This document shows, in pieces, positions 8,020-16,745 of a DNA stretch of 64,000 nt (position 1 is its first letter; each line of letters opens with the position of its first letter). The DNA lies in NCBI GenBank assembly GCA_017540645.1, contig JAFYAQ010000010.1, positions 25,785 to 89,784 on the forward strand, given 5' to 3'. A program made the translations under genes and the position numbers. Under the pieces are notes generated by a model. It was not told the origin of the DNA, made no database searches, and saw only the letters and a program-made list of their open reading frames with translations. This stretch comes from Oscillospiraceae bacterium (GTDB lineage Bacteria > Bacillota > Clostridia > Oscillospirales > Oscillospiraceae).

Positions 8020-8793
8020 ATGAAGAAATCCGCTGTGATCGTCAACGATCTTTTCCTGGCAGGCGGCATCCTCTGCCTGCTGTTTTACTTTGCCTGCGGT
8101 CTTACGGTCCGCTTCGGCCAGTCGCTGCTGTTTCTCTGGCTGCTGCTGGGACTGGCGATGGTGGGCCGGTATTTTCTCTGGCGTTGGGCCTGGGCCAAGG
8201 GGCGGCCCGCCCCCTTCCCCCGCTGGCTGCTCATCCTCGAGCGGACGCTCATCTGCCTGGGTCTGGCGGTATTCCTCTACGGGGAGAGCTTCATCGTCTC
8301 CGCCGCCCTCCAGAGGGCCCCGGATGATCTGGACGCCCTGGTTGTCCTGGGGGCCCGGGTGAATGAGGACGGCCCCAGCGGCTCTCTCCGGGAGCGGATC
8401 GAAGCCGCCGAGGATTATCTCCGGCGCAACCCGGACACCCTGGCCGTGGCCTCCGGCGGTCAGGGGGAGGACGAGCCTATGAGCGAGGCCGCCTGCATCC
8501 GGGAGCGCCTGATCGCCGCGGGTATAGATCCCTCCCGCATTACCCTGGAGGATCGCTCCTCCAGCACGCTGGAAAATCTTTCCAACAGCTTCGCCCTCCT
8601 GCCGGAGGGGGTGCATACGGTGGGCATCGTCACCAACGATTTCCACGTCTTCCGGGCCCTGGCCCTGGGAAACAAGCTGGGGGGCTATGAGCTCAGCGGC
8701 GTCCCGGCCCGGTCCAGCGTCAGCGGCTTCATCCACTACGCCATGCGGGAGTTTTTCGCTTCCGCCGTGTTATTCCTGCAGGGTCATATCTGA
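8020..8793 (+). CDS. YdcF/ElyC/SanA (DUF218) family membrane protein
   Basis: Start at MKKSAVIV (ATG 8020). N-terminal TM helices, then the DUF218 pattern DALVVLGARVNEDGPSGSLRERI..ASGGQGEDEPMSEA..LEDRSSSTLENL. Confidence 0.8.
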   Translation: MKKSAVIVNDLFLAGGILCLLFYFACGLTVRFGQSLLFLWLLLGLAMVGRYFLWRWAWAKGRPAPFPRWLLILERTLICLGLAVFLYGESFIVSAALQRAPDDLDALVVLGARVNEDGPSGSLRERIEAAEDYLRRNPDTLAVASGGQGEDEPMSEAACIRERLIAAGIDPSRITLEDRSSSTLENLSNSFALLPEGVHTVGIVTNDFHVFRALALGNKLGGYELSGVPARSSVSGFIHYAMREFFASAVLFLQGHI

Positions 8794-9473
8794 AGCAGTC
8801 CCGGCAGTTCCCCGATGCTGCGGATCTCATAGTCCGCATGGGGCTGGGCGGGCCGGGGTTTTCCCTCCGGGTTATACCACACGGTGGGGATGCGGGCGTT
8901 GTTCCCGCCCCGGATATCGCTGGTCAGGGAATCCCCCACGATCAGCAGCTCCCCGGGAGACACATCCCCCAGGGCTTCCAACACCTTTTCAAAAAACCGG
9001 AGGGAGGGCTTCTCCGCCCCGATCTCCTCCGAGATGAACACTCCGTCCAGCAGATCGTCCAGCCCCGAGCGCCGCAGCTTGGGCCGCTGGACGTTCTTTG
9101 TTCCGTTGGTGACGGCGTACTGCCCCACCCGGCCCCGCAGGGCCTTCACGGTCTCCAGGGCCCCCGGCTCAAACGCGATGGTATCCGGCAGACGGTGCTC
9201 GTATTCCCGGGTAAACGCTTCGGCCAGACCGGGATCCAGACCGTAAAGTGTCAGAAACTCCCGATAGCGGCCCACCAGGATCTCCTCCCGGCTGTATTCG
9301 CCCCGCTCCAGCGCCTCCCACCACCGGAGGTTGATGGCGGAGTAATCCGCGATCATCCGGTCCGTGCACTCCCCCAGGCCGAAGAAGGCAAAGCAGGCGC
9401 GGATCGCGGCCCTCTCCGAGGCTTTGAAATTCAGCAAGGTCCCGTCCAGATCCCATAAGACAGCTTTTGTCAT
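8784..9473 (-). CDS. HAD-IA hydrolase, YjjG-like nucleotidase family
   Basis: MTKAVLWDLDGTLLNF (DxDGT motif I), VTNG, VGDSLTSDIRGG. Start at ATG 9473. Confidence 0.8.
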   Translation of the reverse strand: MTKAVLWDLDGTLLNFKASERAAIRACFAFFGLGECTDRMIADYSAINLRWWEALERGEYSREEILVGRYREFLTLYGLDPGLAEAFTREYEHRLPDTIAFEPGALETVKALRGRVGQYAVTNGTKNVQRPKLRRSGLDDLLDGVFISEEIGAEKPSLRFFEKVLEALGDVSPGELLIVGDSLTSDIRGGNNARIPTVWYNPEGKPRPAQPHADYEIRSIGELPGLLQI

Positions 9474-9675
9474 CGCTTCTCCCCGCAAAAAAGGAAACGG
9501 CCGGGGCCGCCATGCCCCGGCCGCTCATTTTGTAAAATAGTCTCACAGAGTTCGCCGCCGCAGCGGCAAAGGAGCTTCCATCGATTTTTCCCGGCGACAT
9601 GTGCGTCGGGAAAAACACTCTTCGGCCCGCAAACGTGCGAGCGCAGCGAGTGCGCTGCAGCGGGCCGCGGCCTTA

Positions 9676-9703
9676 TCAAAAAAGTGGCTGCGCCACTTTT
9701 TTG
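9676..9703 (-). terminator. Bidirectional intrinsic terminator after the glyoxalase gene
   Basis: caaaaaagtggc tgc gccacttttttg: a stem flanked by A-run and T-run, 10 nt beyond the stop at 9713. Confidence 0.75.
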
Positions 9704-9712
9704 AAATGCGTA

Positions 9713-10084
9713 TTAATCTCTGGTGGGCACGATCTCCAGCCAGTACCCGTCCGGATCCTGGATAAAGTAGATCCCCATGGTCGGATTCTCAAAGCAGATG
9801 CAGCCCATCTCCTCATGGAGGGCGTGGGCGGCGGCAAAATCATCGGTCCGGAACGCCAGGTGGAATTCCTCCTCGCCGATGTCGTAGGGCTGGGGATGGT
9901 CCCGAAGCCAGGTCAGCTCCAGCTCAAAGTCCGCCTGCTCGTTGGCCAGATACACGATGATATGCGCCCCCGCAGGATGGACCTTCCGCCGGACCTCCCG
10001 GAGCCCCAGGGCCTTTTCATAGAAGGCCAGGGACGCGTCCAGATCCCGCACGTTGTAGTTTTCGTGGATCATTTTGAATACCAT
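9713..10084 (-). CDS. VOC family protein / glyoxalase I-like
   Basis: 123 aa; HENYNVRDLDASLAFYEKALGL and GYWLEIV are typical of lactoylglutathione lyase-type VOC proteins. Confidence 0.85.
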   Translation of the reverse strand: MVFKMIHENYNVRDLDASLAFYEKALGLREVRRKVHPAGAHIIVYLANEQADFELELTWLRDHPQPYDIGEEEFHLAFRTDDFAAAHALHEEMGCICFENPTMGIYFIQDPDGYWLEIVPTRD

Positions 10085-10797
10085 GCTTTTCCCTCCTGCT
10101 CCAAGTCAAAAACCTGTCCCGGCCCGGTGATGGGCATGACCGCGTCCCGGTAGGGCGCGGACACGTTCATCTGCCGGAGCTTCTCAATGGTGTCATACCT
10201 CTCCCACAGGTGCATGGGGAAGGCCGCCTTCACCTGGGCCGAGCGCATCAGCGCGTCAAAGCCCATCCAGAAGTTGCCTCCCAGCCGGGGGTCCAGGGGC
10301 AGGAACGCCGCGTCCAGCTGCATCCCCTTGAGCTTCACGATCTGGGCGAAGAAGGCGTTCTTCATCTCCCGCTCCTCGGCGGCGGTGTCGTCCGGCCAGG
10401 CCCACCAGTGCAGGTCCCCGGCGTGATAGACGGTCCTGCCGGCATAGTTGACCACAAAGGCCACCCCCTGGTCCGTGGAACCCAGGGTGGTCACCGCCAT
10501 GGCCCCCTTCTTCCCCGCGGCAAGGGCCCGCCGCTGGTTGGGTCCCAGGCGCAGCGCCCGCTCCCCCGCCGGCGCGGGCGGGATATCGTCCGACAGGAGG
10601 AAGGTCCGCCCGGCGCGGCCCGACAGCTTTTCATAAATATCGGCGTCGTAGTGGTCGGTGTGGGCGTGGCTGATAAAGACAAAGAGCTTTTTGTCCTCCC
10701 CGATGGGGGGCAGCTCTCCCTCCGCCCAGTCGAAAAGGCAGGCGATATCCTCCCATTCCACCAGAAAACCGCTGTGTTTGATATAAGTAACGCGCAT
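10069..10797 (-). CDS. MBL-fold metallo-hydrolase
   Basis: 242 aa; the HxHxDH motif (ISHAHTDHY) and overall beta-lactamase-fold pattern. Confidence 0.8.
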   Translation of the reverse strand: MRVTYIKHSGFLVEWEDIACLFDWAEGELPPIGEDKKLFVFISHAHTDHYDADIYEKLSGRAGRTFLLSDDIPPAPAGERALRLGPNQRRALAAGKKGAMAVTTLGSTDQGVAFVVNYAGRTVYHAGDLHWWAWPDDTAAEEREMKNAFFAQIVKLKGMQLDAAFLPLDPRLGGNFWMGFDALMRSAQVKAAFPMHLWERYDTIEKLRQMNVSAPYRDAVMPITGPGQVFDLEQEGKAWYSK

Positions 10798-10930
10798 GAC
10801 CCAGACCCCCGAGCGCGTGGAAAAACCACATTATGTAAATCTATGGACAATCACAGTATAAGGTCTGAGCCGCTTCGACAGCAAGTTACAGTTTTGTCTT
10901 ATTTCTGGAAAATACAGGGAATTCCCGGGC

Positions 10931-10962
10931 AAAAAACTCCCCCCGCTCCGTAGCGGGGGAAG
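10931..10962 (-). terminator. Intrinsic terminator of the FAD-protein gene
   Basis: On the minus strand: cttcccccgct acgg agcggggggag followed by TTTTTT, 15 nt after the stop at 10977. Confidence 0.8.
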
Positions 10963-10976
10963 GTTCAACCTCTTGT

Positions 10977-12362
10977 TCAGTCCTCTTCGCAGCCGGCGAT
11001 GCGCCGGGCCACATACACGCCGCTGGCGGAGGCGTGGCTCAATGAGTGGGTAACGCCGCTGCCGTCCCCGATCACGTACAGGCCCCGGTAGCGGGTCTCC
11101 AGGTGAGAATCCAACTCCACCTCCATGTTGTAGAACTTGACCTCCACGCCGTAGAGCAGGGTGTCGTCGTTGGCGGTGCCCGGGGCGATCTTGTCCAGGG
11201 CGTAGATCATCTCGATGATGCCGTCCAGGATCCGCTTGGGCAGCACCAGGCTCAGATCGCCGGGAGTGGCCGCCAGGGTGGGGACCACGGTGCCCTCGTC
11301 GATGCGCTTCTGATTGCTGCGCCGGCCCCGCTCCAGATCGCCGAAGCGCTGGACGATGGCGCCGCCGCCCAGCATGTTGCTCAGACGCACGATGCTCTCG
11401 CCGTAGCCGTTGCTGTCCTTGAAGGGTTCGGAAAAGCGCTTGGACACCAGCAGGGCAAAGTTGGTATTCTCGGTCTTCAGCGCCTCGTCCTCAAAGCTGT
11501 GGCCGTTGACGGTGACGATGCCGTTGGTGTTCTCGTTGACCACGATGCCCCGGGGATTCATGCAGAAGGTGCGCACGTTGTCCTCGTATTTTTTGGTGCG
11601 GTAGACAATCTTGCTCTCATAGAGCTCGTCGGTGATGTGGGAGAAGATCACCGCCGGCAGCTCCACCCGGACCCCCAGATCCACCCGGTTGGACTTGGTG
11701 GGGATGTCCAGATGGGCGCAGATGCGCTCCATCCACTTGCTGCCGCTGCGACCCACGCTGACCACGCAGTCCCAGCACTGGGCGCTGCCCCCCTGCCAGG
11801 ATACGGTAAAGCCGCCGCCGGGCAGGGTGTCGATGCTCTCCACCTGGGTGTGGAAATAAAACTTCACATGCTCCCGCAGCCGGTCGTAGAGATTCTGCAG
11901 CACCACATAGTTGATGTCCGTGCCCAGGTGGCGCACGGAAGCCTCCAGCAGGGTGAGGGAATTCTGCATGCAGAGCTTTTTGAAGCGGGACCCGGCGGTG
12001 GAGTACAGGGTGGTGTTCTCCCCGCCGTTTGCCACGTTGATGCTGTCCACGTAGCGCATCAGCTCCATGGCCTTTTCCCGGCCGATGTATTCATAAAGAC
12101 TGCCGCCGAAATCGTTGGTCAGATTGTATTTCCCGTCGGAAAAGGCGCCGGCGCCCCCAAAGCCGCTCATGATGGCGCAGGTCTTGCACTTGATGCAGCT
12201 TTTCACCTTTTTCCCGTCGATGGGGCAGTGCCGCTCCTCCAGGGCGCTGCCGGTCTCGAACACGGCGATGCTCAGTTCCGGCTTTTTGTTCATCAGCTCC
12301 CAGGCCGTGAAGATGCCCCCCGGCCCCGCGCCGATGATGATAACGTCATATTGCTTTCCCAT
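10977..12362 (-). CDS. NAD(P)/FAD-dependent oxidoreductase (COG2509-like)
   Basis: 461 aa; N-terminal dinucleotide fold YDVIIIGAGPGG, a Cys-rich segment CPIDGKKVKSCIKCKTCA, C-terminal GDGSG. Confidence 0.8.
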   Translation of the reverse strand: MGKQYDVIIIGAGPGGIFTAWELMNKKPELSIAVFETGSALEERHCPIDGKKVKSCIKCKTCAIMSGFGGAGAFSDGKYNLTNDFGGSLYEYIGREKAMELMRYVDSINVANGGENTTLYSTAGSRFKKLCMQNSLTLLEASVRHLGTDINYVVLQNLYDRLREHVKFYFHTQVESIDTLPGGGFTVSWQGGSAQCWDCVVSVGRSGSKWMERICAHLDIPTKSNRVDLGVRVELPAVIFSHITDELYESKIVYRTKKYEDNVRTFCMNPRGIVVNENTNGIVTVNGHSFEDEALKTENTNFALLVSKRFSEPFKDSNGYGESIVRLSNMLGGGAIVQRFGDLERGRRSNQKRIDEGTVVPTLAATPGDLSLVLPKRILDGIIEMIYALDKIAPGTANDDTLLYGVEVKFYNMEVELDSHLETRYRGLYVIGDGSGVTHSLSHASASGVYVARRIAGCEED

Positions 12363-12523
12363 GGATAATGCCTCCGATCGGATGGATTGCTCGCAGATTA
12401 TCGTATCATATTTTCTCCCGCTTCACAAGGGGGCGCGGAGAAACAGGTGCCGGGGCCGGGAGTTCCCGTGGTTTTTTCCAAGTGCGGAGGGACATGGGAA
12501 CGATCCTTCGTTTGAATTACCCA

Positions 12524-12560
12524 TTGACAATCTCGCTTTAGCGTGATAGCGTAATAGCAT
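12524..12560 (+). promoter_or_regulatory. Putative sigma-A promoter overlapped by three 8-bp-phased TAGCRT repeats (candidate YerC/HisR-type operator)
   Basis: TTGACA (12524-12529), 17-nt spacer, TGaTAGCGT extended -10 (12544-12552). TAGCGT at 12539 and 12547, TAGCAT at 12555. Confidence 0.45.
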
Positions 12561-12581
12561 ACTACAAAATCGGAGGCTGCT

Positions 12582-12875
12582 ATGTCTGTTTTTGAAGAGG
12601 TGCCCACCCATCTGCTGCTCTCCGCCCTTGTGGCCATCGACAGCGAGGAGGAAGCCAAACGGTTTTTGGAGGACCTTTTGACCAGAAAGGAGATCCTCTC
12701 TGTCAGCCAGCGGCTGAATGTGGCCCGGATGCTTCTCCGGGGGGAGAAATACGCCGAGGTGGAGCAGGCCACGGGGGCCAGCTCCGCCACCATCGTCCGG
12801 GTGAATCAGTGCATCCGATACGGGAGCGGAGGCTATCAGGAGGTGCTGGGAAAGCTGGCGGAGGCGCAGCCATGA
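12582..12875 (+). CDS. yerC: YerC/YecD family TrpR-related regulator
   Basis: 97 aa; FLEDLLTRKEILSVSQRLNVARMLLRGEKYAEVEQATGASSATIVRVNQCIRYG is the YerC/YecD signature. The stop overlaps the hisZ start (ATGA at 12872-12875). Confidence 0.85.
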   Translation: MSVFEEVPTHLLLSALVAIDSEEEAKRFLEDLLTRKEILSVSQRLNVARMLLRGEKYAEVEQATGASSATIVRVNQCIRYGSGGYQEVLGKLAEAQP

Positions 12876-14407
12876 GCCGCTGTGACTTTCTCAGTCTGCC
12901 GGAGCGCATCGGACTGCGGCTCCGGGAGCATTACGATCTTCGGGGCTACCGGCCCTATAAAATGAGCAAATTTGAGCCCTACGACCTGTACGCCCAAAAC
13001 CGCAGTTTTGTCTCCGGCGGGAACATCCTGACCTTCACGGACACCAATGGGCGGCTCATGGCCCTCAAGCCGGATGTGACGCTCTCCATCATCAAGAACT
13101 ACCGGGGCGGCGAAGTAAAGGTCTGCTACCACGAGAGCGTGTTCCGGGATACCGGCAGTCTGGGGGAGTTTCGGGAGATCAGCCAGATCGGCGTGGAGCG
13201 GCTGGGCACCATCGACCGGGGCGCGGAGACGGAGATGCTCTCCCTGGCCCGGGAGAGTCTGGACCTGATCGGCGGGGACAGCATCCTGGCCGTGGCCTCC
13301 GCCACCTATGTGATCGGCCTGCTGTCCTTCACCGGGGCCGATTCGGCCACGGAGGAACTGCTGGTACGCTATCTGCGGGAGCGCAATGCCGCCGGGATGC
13401 AGAAGCTCTGCCGCGCCGCGGCGGTGCCGGAAGCGGCGGCGGAGGTCTGGACGGCGCTGGCCGACCTGTACGGCCCGGCGGAGCAGGTCCTGCCCCGCCT
13501 CGCGAAGCTGAGCCGGAACGCCGCCATGACCGACGCGGTGCAGGAGCTGGCCCGGGTTCTGGACGGGGCGGATTCGGTGCGCATCGACTTTTCCATCGTC
13601 ACGGATCTGAGCTACTATCACGGCATCGTGTTCAAGGGCTATCTGGCCGGGATCCACACGGCCGTCCTCTCCGGCGGGCGCTACGACCACCTGCTGCGAA
13701 AGTTCGGGAAACAGGCCGGGGCCATCGGCTTTGCGGTCTATCTGGACCGGCTGGACGAGATCCGTCCGGCGCCGGAGGATGGCTGCGTCCGGATCGCCCT
13801 GCCCAAGGGGCGGCTGGGCGAGGCTGTGTATGAGCGCTTTGCGCGCGCGGGCTATGCCTGCCCCGAGATCCGGGAGAAAAACCGGAAGCTGATCTTTGAA
13901 AACAGCGCCGCCGGCGTCAGCTTCTTCTGGGTCAAGCCCTCGGACGTGGCCAGCTATGTAGAGCGGGGCGCCGCGGATCTGGGCGTCTGCGGCAGCGATA
14001 TCCTGGCCGAATACGGCCCGGACGTCTTTGAGCTGGCGGACCTGGGTCTGGGCCGCTGCCGTATGTGCGTGGCGGCAAAGGAGGACTTCCGGGACGACCC
14101 CGCCCGCCCCCTGCGGGTGGCCACCAAATTCCCCAACACCGCCCGGGGCTATTACTCCAATCTCAGCCGGGAGATCGACATCATCCGCCTGACCGGCTCC
14201 ATTGAGCTCGCCCCCATCGTGGGGCTGTCGGACGTGATCGTGGACATCGTGGAGACCGGAAGCACCCTGCGGGCCAACGGTCTGCGGCCCTATGAGACCG
14301 TCTCGGAGATCAGCGCCCGTCTGGTGGCCAACAAGGCCGCCTATCAATTCAAGCATCCGCGCATCCGCGCCGTCGCGGAGGCCATCACGGGAGGAGGGAC
14401 CCTATGA
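12872..14407 (+). CDS. hisZG: HisZ (regulatory subunit) fused in frame to short-form HisG ATP phosphoribosyltransferase
   Basis: One uninterrupted ORF. The N-terminal ~305 aa are HisRS-like HisZ (LRGYRPYKMSKFEPYDLY..). The C-terminal ~206 aa are HisG (VRIALPKGRL..FWVKPSDVASYVERGAADLGVCGSDIL..DIVETGSTLRANGL). No stop codon or plausible start codon lies at the junction. Confidence 0.8.
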   Translation: MSRCDFLSLPERIGLRLREHYDLRGYRPYKMSKFEPYDLYAQNRSFVSGGNILTFTDTNGRLMALKPDVTLSIIKNYRGGEVKVCYHESVFRDTGSLGEFREISQIGVERLGTIDRGAETEMLSLARESLDLIGGDSILAVASATYVIGLLSFTGADSATEELLVRYLRERNAAGMQKLCRAAAVPEAAAEVWTALADLYGPAEQVLPRLAKLSRNAAMTDAVQELARVLDGADSVRIDFSIVTDLSYYHGIVFKGYLAGIHTAVLSGGRYDHLLRKFGKQAGAIGFAVYLDRLDEIRPAPEDGCVRIALPKGRLGEAVYERFARAGYACPEIREKNRKLIFENSAAGVSFFWVKPSDVASYVERGAADLGVCGSDILAEYGPDVFELADLGLGRCRMCVAAKEDFRDDPARPLRVATKFPNTARGYYSNLSREIDIIRLTGSIELAPIVGLSDVIVDIVETGSTLRANGLRPYETVSEISARLVANKAAYQFKHPRIRAVAEAITGGGTL

Positions 14408-15684
14408 TCCCCATTTATAACCTTGACCAGATCGCCCCGGAGGAAGTCCTCGCCCGGACGATCCCCCAGAGCACGGTGACGGAGTCCGTACGGGAGATCA
14501 TTGCCGCGGTCCGCCGGGAGGGAGACAAAGCGCTGCTGCGCTACAGCGAGACCTTCAACGGCGTAAAGCTCTCCTCCCTGGAGGTCAGTGAGGAGGAGTT
14601 TGCATTCGCCCTCCGCGCCGCCGGGCCCGAACTGAAGGGCGCGCTGGAGCGGGCGGCGATCAACATCCGGGATTTTCATTCCCGCCAAAAGCGCAGCGGC
14701 TTTGTCTGCACGGAGCGCCCCGGCATCGTGACCGGGCAGCGGGTCATTCCCCTCGAACGGGTGGGCATCTGCGTCCCCGGCGGGGCGGCGCCCCTTGCCA
14801 GTACGGTGCTGATGAATGCCATCCCCGCCGGCATCGCCGGCTGCCGGGAGATCGTCATGGTGACCCCCGCCGGGCCGGACGGGACCGTTGCCCCGGCGGT
14901 GCTGGCCGCCGCCTGGCTGGCCGGGGTGCACCGGGTGTTCAAGCTGGGCGGGGCCCAGGCCGTGGCCGCTCTGGCCTACGGCACGGAGAGCGTGCCCAAG
15001 GTAGACAAGATCGTGGGACCCGGCGGGGCCTATGTCTCCGAGGCCAAGCGGCAAGTCTTCGGCCAGGTGGACATCGACATGATCGCCGGCCCCAGCGAGA
15101 TTCTGATCATCGCCGACGGCAAGAGCGACCCGGTCTGCGCGGCGGCGGATCTGCTGAGCCAGGCCGAGCACGACGTTTTCGCCAGTCCCGTCCTGGTGAC
15201 CGACTCCCCCGCTCTGGCCGAGCAGGTTCAGCAGGAGATCGAAAAGCAGCTTGCCGCTCTTCCCCGTCGGGAGATCGCCCGCCGAAGCATCGACGAACAG
15301 GGCAAGATCGTCGTAACGCCGGATCTGGACAAGGCCGTGGAGGTGGCAAATGCCCTGGCCCCGGAGCATCTGGAGCTGTGCGTGGACGAGCCCTTTGCCC
15401 TTCTGGGGCAGGTCCGAAACGCGGGCAGCGTGTTCCTGGGCCGGAGCTGCCCGGAGGCCGTGGGAGACTATTATGCCGGGGCCAATCACACCCTGCCCAC
15501 CTCGGGCACGGCCCGCTTCGCCTCCCCTTTGTCGGTGGATGATTTCGTAAAGACCTCGCAGTTTATCTATTACAGCGCCCAGGCTCTGGCGGAGGCCGGG
15601 CCGGACATCGTGTGTCTGGCTCAGGCCGAGCGGCTTCAAGGCCACGCCAACAGCATCACGGTGCGGACGGAGGGCCGGACATGA
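14404..15684 (+). CDS. hisD: Histidinol dehydrogenase
   Basis: 426 aa; motifs SQAEHD, APEHLEL, GDYYAGANHTLPT. ATGA overlap with hisZG. Confidence 0.95.
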   Translation: MIPIYNLDQIAPEEVLARTIPQSTVTESVREIIAAVRREGDKALLRYSETFNGVKLSSLEVSEEEFAFALRAAGPELKGALERAAINIRDFHSRQKRSGFVCTERPGIVTGQRVIPLERVGICVPGGAAPLASTVLMNAIPAGIAGCREIVMVTPAGPDGTVAPAVLAAAWLAGVHRVFKLGGAQAVAALAYGTESVPKVDKIVGPGGAYVSEAKRQVFGQVDIDMIAGPSEILIIADGKSDPVCAAADLLSQAEHDVFASPVLVTDSPALAEQVQQEIEKQLAALPRREIARRSIDEQGKIVVTPDLDKAVEVANALAPEHLELCVDEPFALLGQVRNAGSVFLGRSCPEAVGDYYAGANHTLPTSGTARFASPLSVDDFVKTSQFIYYSAQALAEAGPDIVCLAQAERLQGHANSITVRTEGRT

Positions 15685-16745
15685 GTCAGTTTTTCAGTGA
15701 AAAATTCCGTACCCTGGAGGCCTATGTCCCCGGGGAACAGCCCCAGGACCGGAGCTATGTAAAGCTCAACACCAACGAATCCCCCTATTCCCCCTCCCCT
15801 GCCGTGCGGGAGGCGGCGGCCCGGGAGGCACAGCAGCTGCAGCTCTACTCCGACCCGGAGGTCAAGCCCCTGCGAGCCGCCCTGGCCCGGGTCTACGATG
15901 TAAAGCCGGAGAACATCTGCTGCGGCAACGGCTCCGACGAGCTGCTGAACTTCATCTTCCTGGCCTACGGGGATCGGGACCACGGCTTCATCTTCCCGGA
16001 CCTGACCTACGGCTTTTACCCGGTGTTCTGCCGCCTGAACGCCGTTCCCTACGAGGAAAAGCCCCTGCGCCCGGACTTCACCGTGGACCTTTCGGATTAT
16101 CTGCATGATCCCCGGCATGTGGTGATCGCCAACCCCAACGCCCCCACCGGCATCGCCCTGGGGCTTGCCGACATCGAGACTCTGGCGGCCTCCGACCCGG
16201 ACCGCCTGGTGGTGATCGACGAGGCCTATGTGGACTTTGGGGCGGAGAGCGCCGTGGCGCTGACAAAGAAATACCCCAATCTCCTGGTGGTGTCCACCTT
16301 CTCCAAATCCCGCTCCCTGGCGGGCGGCCGTCTGGGCTTCGTGATCGCCGACGCCGCCCTGATCCGGGATCTGGAGACCATCCGCTACAGCACCAACCCC
16401 TATAACGTCAACCGCATGAGCATGGCGGCGGGAGTGGCGGCCCTGAGCGAGCAGGAATACTACACGGCCAACTGCCAAAAGGTGGCCCGGACCCGGGAGG
16501 ACGCGGCGGCGAAACTGGAGGCTCTGGGCTTCACGGTGCTGCCCTCCAAGTCCAATTTCCTCTTCGCCAGGCCCCCCCGCATCTCCGGCGGGGAGCTGTA
16601 TCTCTCATTGAAGGCCCGGGGAGTGCTGGTGCGGCATTTTTCCAAGCCGCGGATCGCGGACTGGGTCCGGATCACCGTGGGCTCACCGGAACAGATGGAC
16701 ATATTACTGCGGGAAACGGAGGCGATTTTGCGTGAGAACGTCTGA
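15681..16745 (+). CDS. hisC: Histidinol-phosphate aminotransferase
   Basis: Start at MSQFFSEKF (ATG 15681, overlapping the hisD stop). LNTNESPY, IDEAYVDF, STFSKSRSLAGGRLGF (PLP lysine motif). Confidence 0.95.
   Translation: MSQFFSEKFRTLEAYVPGEQPQDRSYVKLNTNESPYSPSPAVREAAAREAQQLQLYSDPEVKPLRAALARVYDVKPENICCGNGSDELLNFIFLAYGDRDHGFIFPDLTYGFYPVFCRLNAVPYEEKPLRPDFTVDLSDYLHDPRHVVIANPNAPTGIALGLADIETLAASDPDRLVVIDEAYVDFGAESAVALTKKYPNLLVVSTFSKSRSLAGGRLGFVIADAALIRDLETIRYSTNPYNVNRMSMAAGVAALSEQEYYTANCQKVARTREDAAAKLEALGFTVLPSKSNFLFARPPRISGGELYLSLKARGVLVRHFSKPRIADWVRITVGSPEQMDILLRETEAILRENV

Noticed and set aside
7941-8069. N-terminal extensions suggested by the ORF track (also 7801-8019, 15612-15680, 23078-23113, 32602-32700, 48379-48468, 52143-52196, 52468-52530, 57200-57640)
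   Set aside because: In each case an internal ATG/GTG with a proper Shine-Dalgarno sequence coincides with the conserved family N-terminus. The upstream extension is Arg/Pro/Gly-rich filler or overlaps the neighbouring gene.
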